Assembly (NCBI GenBank): GCA_026770705.1
Contig: JANJGN010000026.1
Coordinates: 29,884,001 to 29,948,000 of the forward strand
Direction: 5' to 3'
Length of the DNA: 64,000 nucleotides
Source: Isurus oxyrinchus
Lineage: Eukaryota
This document shows, piece after piece, positions 60,816-64,000 of the stretch; position 1 is the first letter of the stretch, and every line of letters begins with the position of its first letter. The translations under genes were made by a program, and so were the position numbers. Under the pieces are notes generated by a model. It was not told the origin of the DNA. It ran no database searches and saw nothing but the letters and a program-made list of their open reading frames with translations.

Positions 60816-62149
60816 AATATTCGCCAGAAGCCCTCTTTGTGAAGGTGAATTCAACATTCTAACCTTTCCCTGGGCCATAATCTCTCCTGAATTCCCCATT
60901 GGATTTTCTCACCCTTGTATTTGTGCCCCGTGCTTTATAATCTGTGACATGTGGAAAGATTTTCTATTTCAACATTATCAAACCCCTTCATCCATTTACA
61001 GATCTCTCTCAGCTTGTTCCTTGGTCCAGACATAACTGGGGAAAGCAACCCCACACTCTCCAATTATTTCTCATCGATGTTGCCCCTCAATTGTGGTCTC
61101 GCCCTGGTAAATATTTTCCCCGCAATTTCTCTTGGTCTTTTATCTGCTTTTGGTAACACTGCAAATGTGGTCCAACAACGGGTCCCTAAAAGGATATCAT
61201 CAAGATAGAGCCACATTGCTGCTGCTCCAGAATCCCAGGGACTTCTCTGTGTCTCAGAGAGCTGCAGAATATCCAACACCATTTCTCTACTAACATTGAT
61301 TTCATTCAGTCCCTCCCTCTCACTAAACCCTGTGTTCCCCAACATTTCTGTTATGTTATTTGTGTCCTCCTTTGTGAAGACAGAACCATTGTACCTAGGT
61401 AGCGCATTGATCAGTATTGTCCCAAGATGCTTCACATGACACTTGTTATGAATAATCTAACCCCGAGCCACAGGAGAGTTTCGGGATAAATGCCCAAACG
61501 TTTGGTCAAAGGGAGTTTATTTCAGGAAGTGCCTTAATGGAGGAAAGGGAGGTATTAAGCCGGCGAGGTTTAGGGAAGGAATTCCAGAGTTGTAGCCCAG
61601 ACAGTTAAAGGCATGGCCAATGGTGAAATGATTAAAATTGGAGATAGTCAGGAAAACATGATCACACGGGGTGAGGGAGAGGAACAGAGAGTGGCAGAGA
61701 GACGGGAAAGTGGGGGGGGGGGGGGGTGAGTGGGGGCGGGTGGGGTAGGGTGGGAAGACAGCGAGACAGAGAGAGACAGAGAGAGGGAGAGAGAGAGATG
61801 GGGCAAGAGCGAGAGGGACAGAGAGCGACAGAGGGATGGGGTGTCAGAGGGAGATGGGGTTAGAAGCAGGTATGGGTCGAGGAGGAGAGAGACAGATAGA
61901 CTGGGCAAGAGAAATAAAGAGGTGGGGTGCGAGGGAGAGACTGGGCAAGAGAGAGAGACAGGGCGATAGAGTGCAAAACAATTGGGGCAAGACAGAAAGA
62001 TTCAGATGGGTGAGAGAGAGATGGGGGATGGAGAGAGAGAGTGATGGGTTGAGATTGGAAAAAAAGATGGGGTGAGGGAGAGAGTCAGAGTGAAGTCAAA
62101 ACATGACAAATAGATAGGGAGAGAGAGAGAGAGATGAGGAACTGAGCAA

Positions 62150-62640
62150 GATGGGGAAATAGAAAGAGATCCTTTCTCCACCTTTAAAATGGAGGGAAGT
62201 TCCTTCGCCATCATGAAAATCGAGGGAGATCCCTTCTCCATCTTTAAAGTAGAGGGGGCTCCCTACTCACTTATTAAAATTGATGGAAATCCCTTCTCCA
62301 TCTTTAAAATAGAGGGGGATCCGTGGTCCATCATTAAAATGGAGGGAGAGATGAAGTGTGAGTGAATGAGGGACAGTGTGGGAGTGAGACGGAGTGTGTT
62401 AAAGAGCGCGAACCAAAGATTTTGTGTGAGGTTCTTTGTGAGCGTGTGTGTGTGTGAAAGATTGTGTGTGGGAATGAGAAATGGAGGGTGATCCCTTTTC
62501 CTTCTTTATAATGGAGGGAAATCCCTTCTTCGTATTTAAAATGGAAGGAGATGCATTTTCCTTCTTTAAAATGGAGGGAGATTCCTTTTCCATCTATAAA
62601 GTGGAGGGAGATCTCTTCTCTGCCTTTGTAATGGAGAGAG
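62150..62640. repeat. Degenerate ~30-nt tandem repeat (aaaatggagggagatcccttctccatcttt)
   Basis: Multiple recognisable copies in two blocks. Confidence 0.75.
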
Positions 62641-62811
62641 AAGTGAAATGTGAGTGATTGAGGGGCNNNNNNNNNNNNNNNNNNNNNNNNNNNNNNNNNN
62701 NNNNNNNNNNNNNNNNNNNNNNNNNNNNNNNNNNNNNNNNNNNNNNNNNNNNNNNNNNNNNNNNNNNNNNNNNNNNNNNNNNNNNNNNNNNNNNNNNNNN
62801 NNNNNNNNNNN

Positions 62812-63597
62812 NTGATTGTCTGAGAAAGTATATATCTGTGCAAGTGTGTGTAAATGAGAGAGAGATAATTATGTTTGTGTGTGAGAGGGAGAAAATATCT
62901 GTGAGTGTGACTGTGTGTGTGAGAGGCTATGTGGGTTTGGGCATCTGTTAATGAGAAAGAATGGTTGTGTTTGAGTGTGAGAGGAAATATAACTGTGTGT
63001 CTGTGCGTGCTTGTGGGGTGCGTGTGTGTGAGAGAATGTGTGTGTGTGTTTGTCTGTGTGTGTGAAAGAGAGAANNNNNNNNNNNNNNNNNNNNNNNNNN
63101 NNNNNNNNNNNNNNNNNNNNNNNNNNNNNNNNNNNNNNNNNNNNNNNNNNNNNNNNNNNNNNNNNNNNNNNNNNNNNNNNNNNNNNNNNNNNNNNNNNNN
63201 NNNTGTGACTATGTGTTTGAGGGTATGGGGTATGTATGTGTGTATGTGTGCACGCGTGTGCATGTGTGTGTGTGATGGCGTGAGAGAGAGGGAGAAAATG
63301 TGTGTGTTTGTGCGTGTGTTTGTTGGTGTCAGGGAGAGAATATATCTGTGTCAGTGTGACTGTGTGTGTGTTTATGTATGAGAAAAAATATATCTGGGTG
63401 TGTTCGGTGAGAGGTAGAATGTGTGTTTGTATGTGAGAAAGCATATGTCTGTGTGAGTGTGCCATCTGCGCGGGCATGTACGTGAGACAGAGAGGGAGAG
63501 AGAGAATCTGTATGTATGTGTACGAGAGGGAGAATGTACCTATATTTACGAGAGGGAGAATAAACGTTTGTGAGTGTAACTGTGTGAGTGTGAGTGT

Positions 63598-63643
<46 letters not shown>

Positions 63644-64000
63644 ATTAGCCCCTGTAAGAGAGAATGTGTGCGTGTGTATGTGAGGCAGAATATATCTGTG
63701 AGTGAGACTGTGAGTATGTGAGGGTTTGTGTGTACCTGCTTATGAGAAAGAATATGTCTGTGTGTGTCTGTGTTCGTGTAAGAGAAAATATACCAGTGTG
63801 AGTGTGTGACTATGTGTAAGGGTGTTTGTATGTGTAAGATAGAGAGAATGCGTGATTATGTGAGTGATAGAGAGAGAATGTGCGTGTATGTGTGTGAGAG
63901 GGAGAATATACTTTTGTGAAAGTGACTCTGTGTCTGAATGTCTGTGTGTGTGTGTGTGCGTGTATGACTGAGAAAGAATTTATCTGTGCAAGCATGTGTG
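62812..64000. repeat. TG/AG-rich low-complexity region
   Basis: Degenerate (TG)n/(AG)n. Similar tract at 38018-38418. Confidence 0.85.

Overview
Eukaryotic, repeat-rich DNA that looks like a cartilaginous fish (shark-type CR1/LINE, SINE and Penelope-like repeats). It contains the V-D-J-C end of a T-cell receptor delta (TCR alpha/delta) locus, entirely on the minus strand. In transcription order (high to low coordinates): a TCR alpha/delta-type V with extra cysteines (leader 59298-59349, V 57627-57932); a divergent V-delta pseudogene (53351-53654); a frameshifted immunoglobulin-heavy-like V (51999-52302); an intact IgM-VH-like V (leader 50277-50322, V 49856-50160); one D with 12/23 RSSs (44767-44782); 19 recognisable J segments or J relics (44412 to 25281); and a four-exon C-delta (18105-18428, 16496-16564, 15672-15782, plus a 3' exon starting at 12841). 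The most notable feature is that the D-proximal V segments are antibody-type VH genes with no IgH D/J/C of their own in the readable sequence, positioned to make VH-Ddelta-Jdelta-Cdelta chimeric receptors. Other highlights are a J array built from a repeated two-J cassette, an 83-nt long-CDR3 J, a candidate RUNX/MYB/ETS 3' enhancer, and a perfect 100-bp-arm palindromic Penelope-type insertion with a 15-bp TSD and hammerhead-like core. Everything was read by eye. Family assignments rest on recalled motifs, not database searches.
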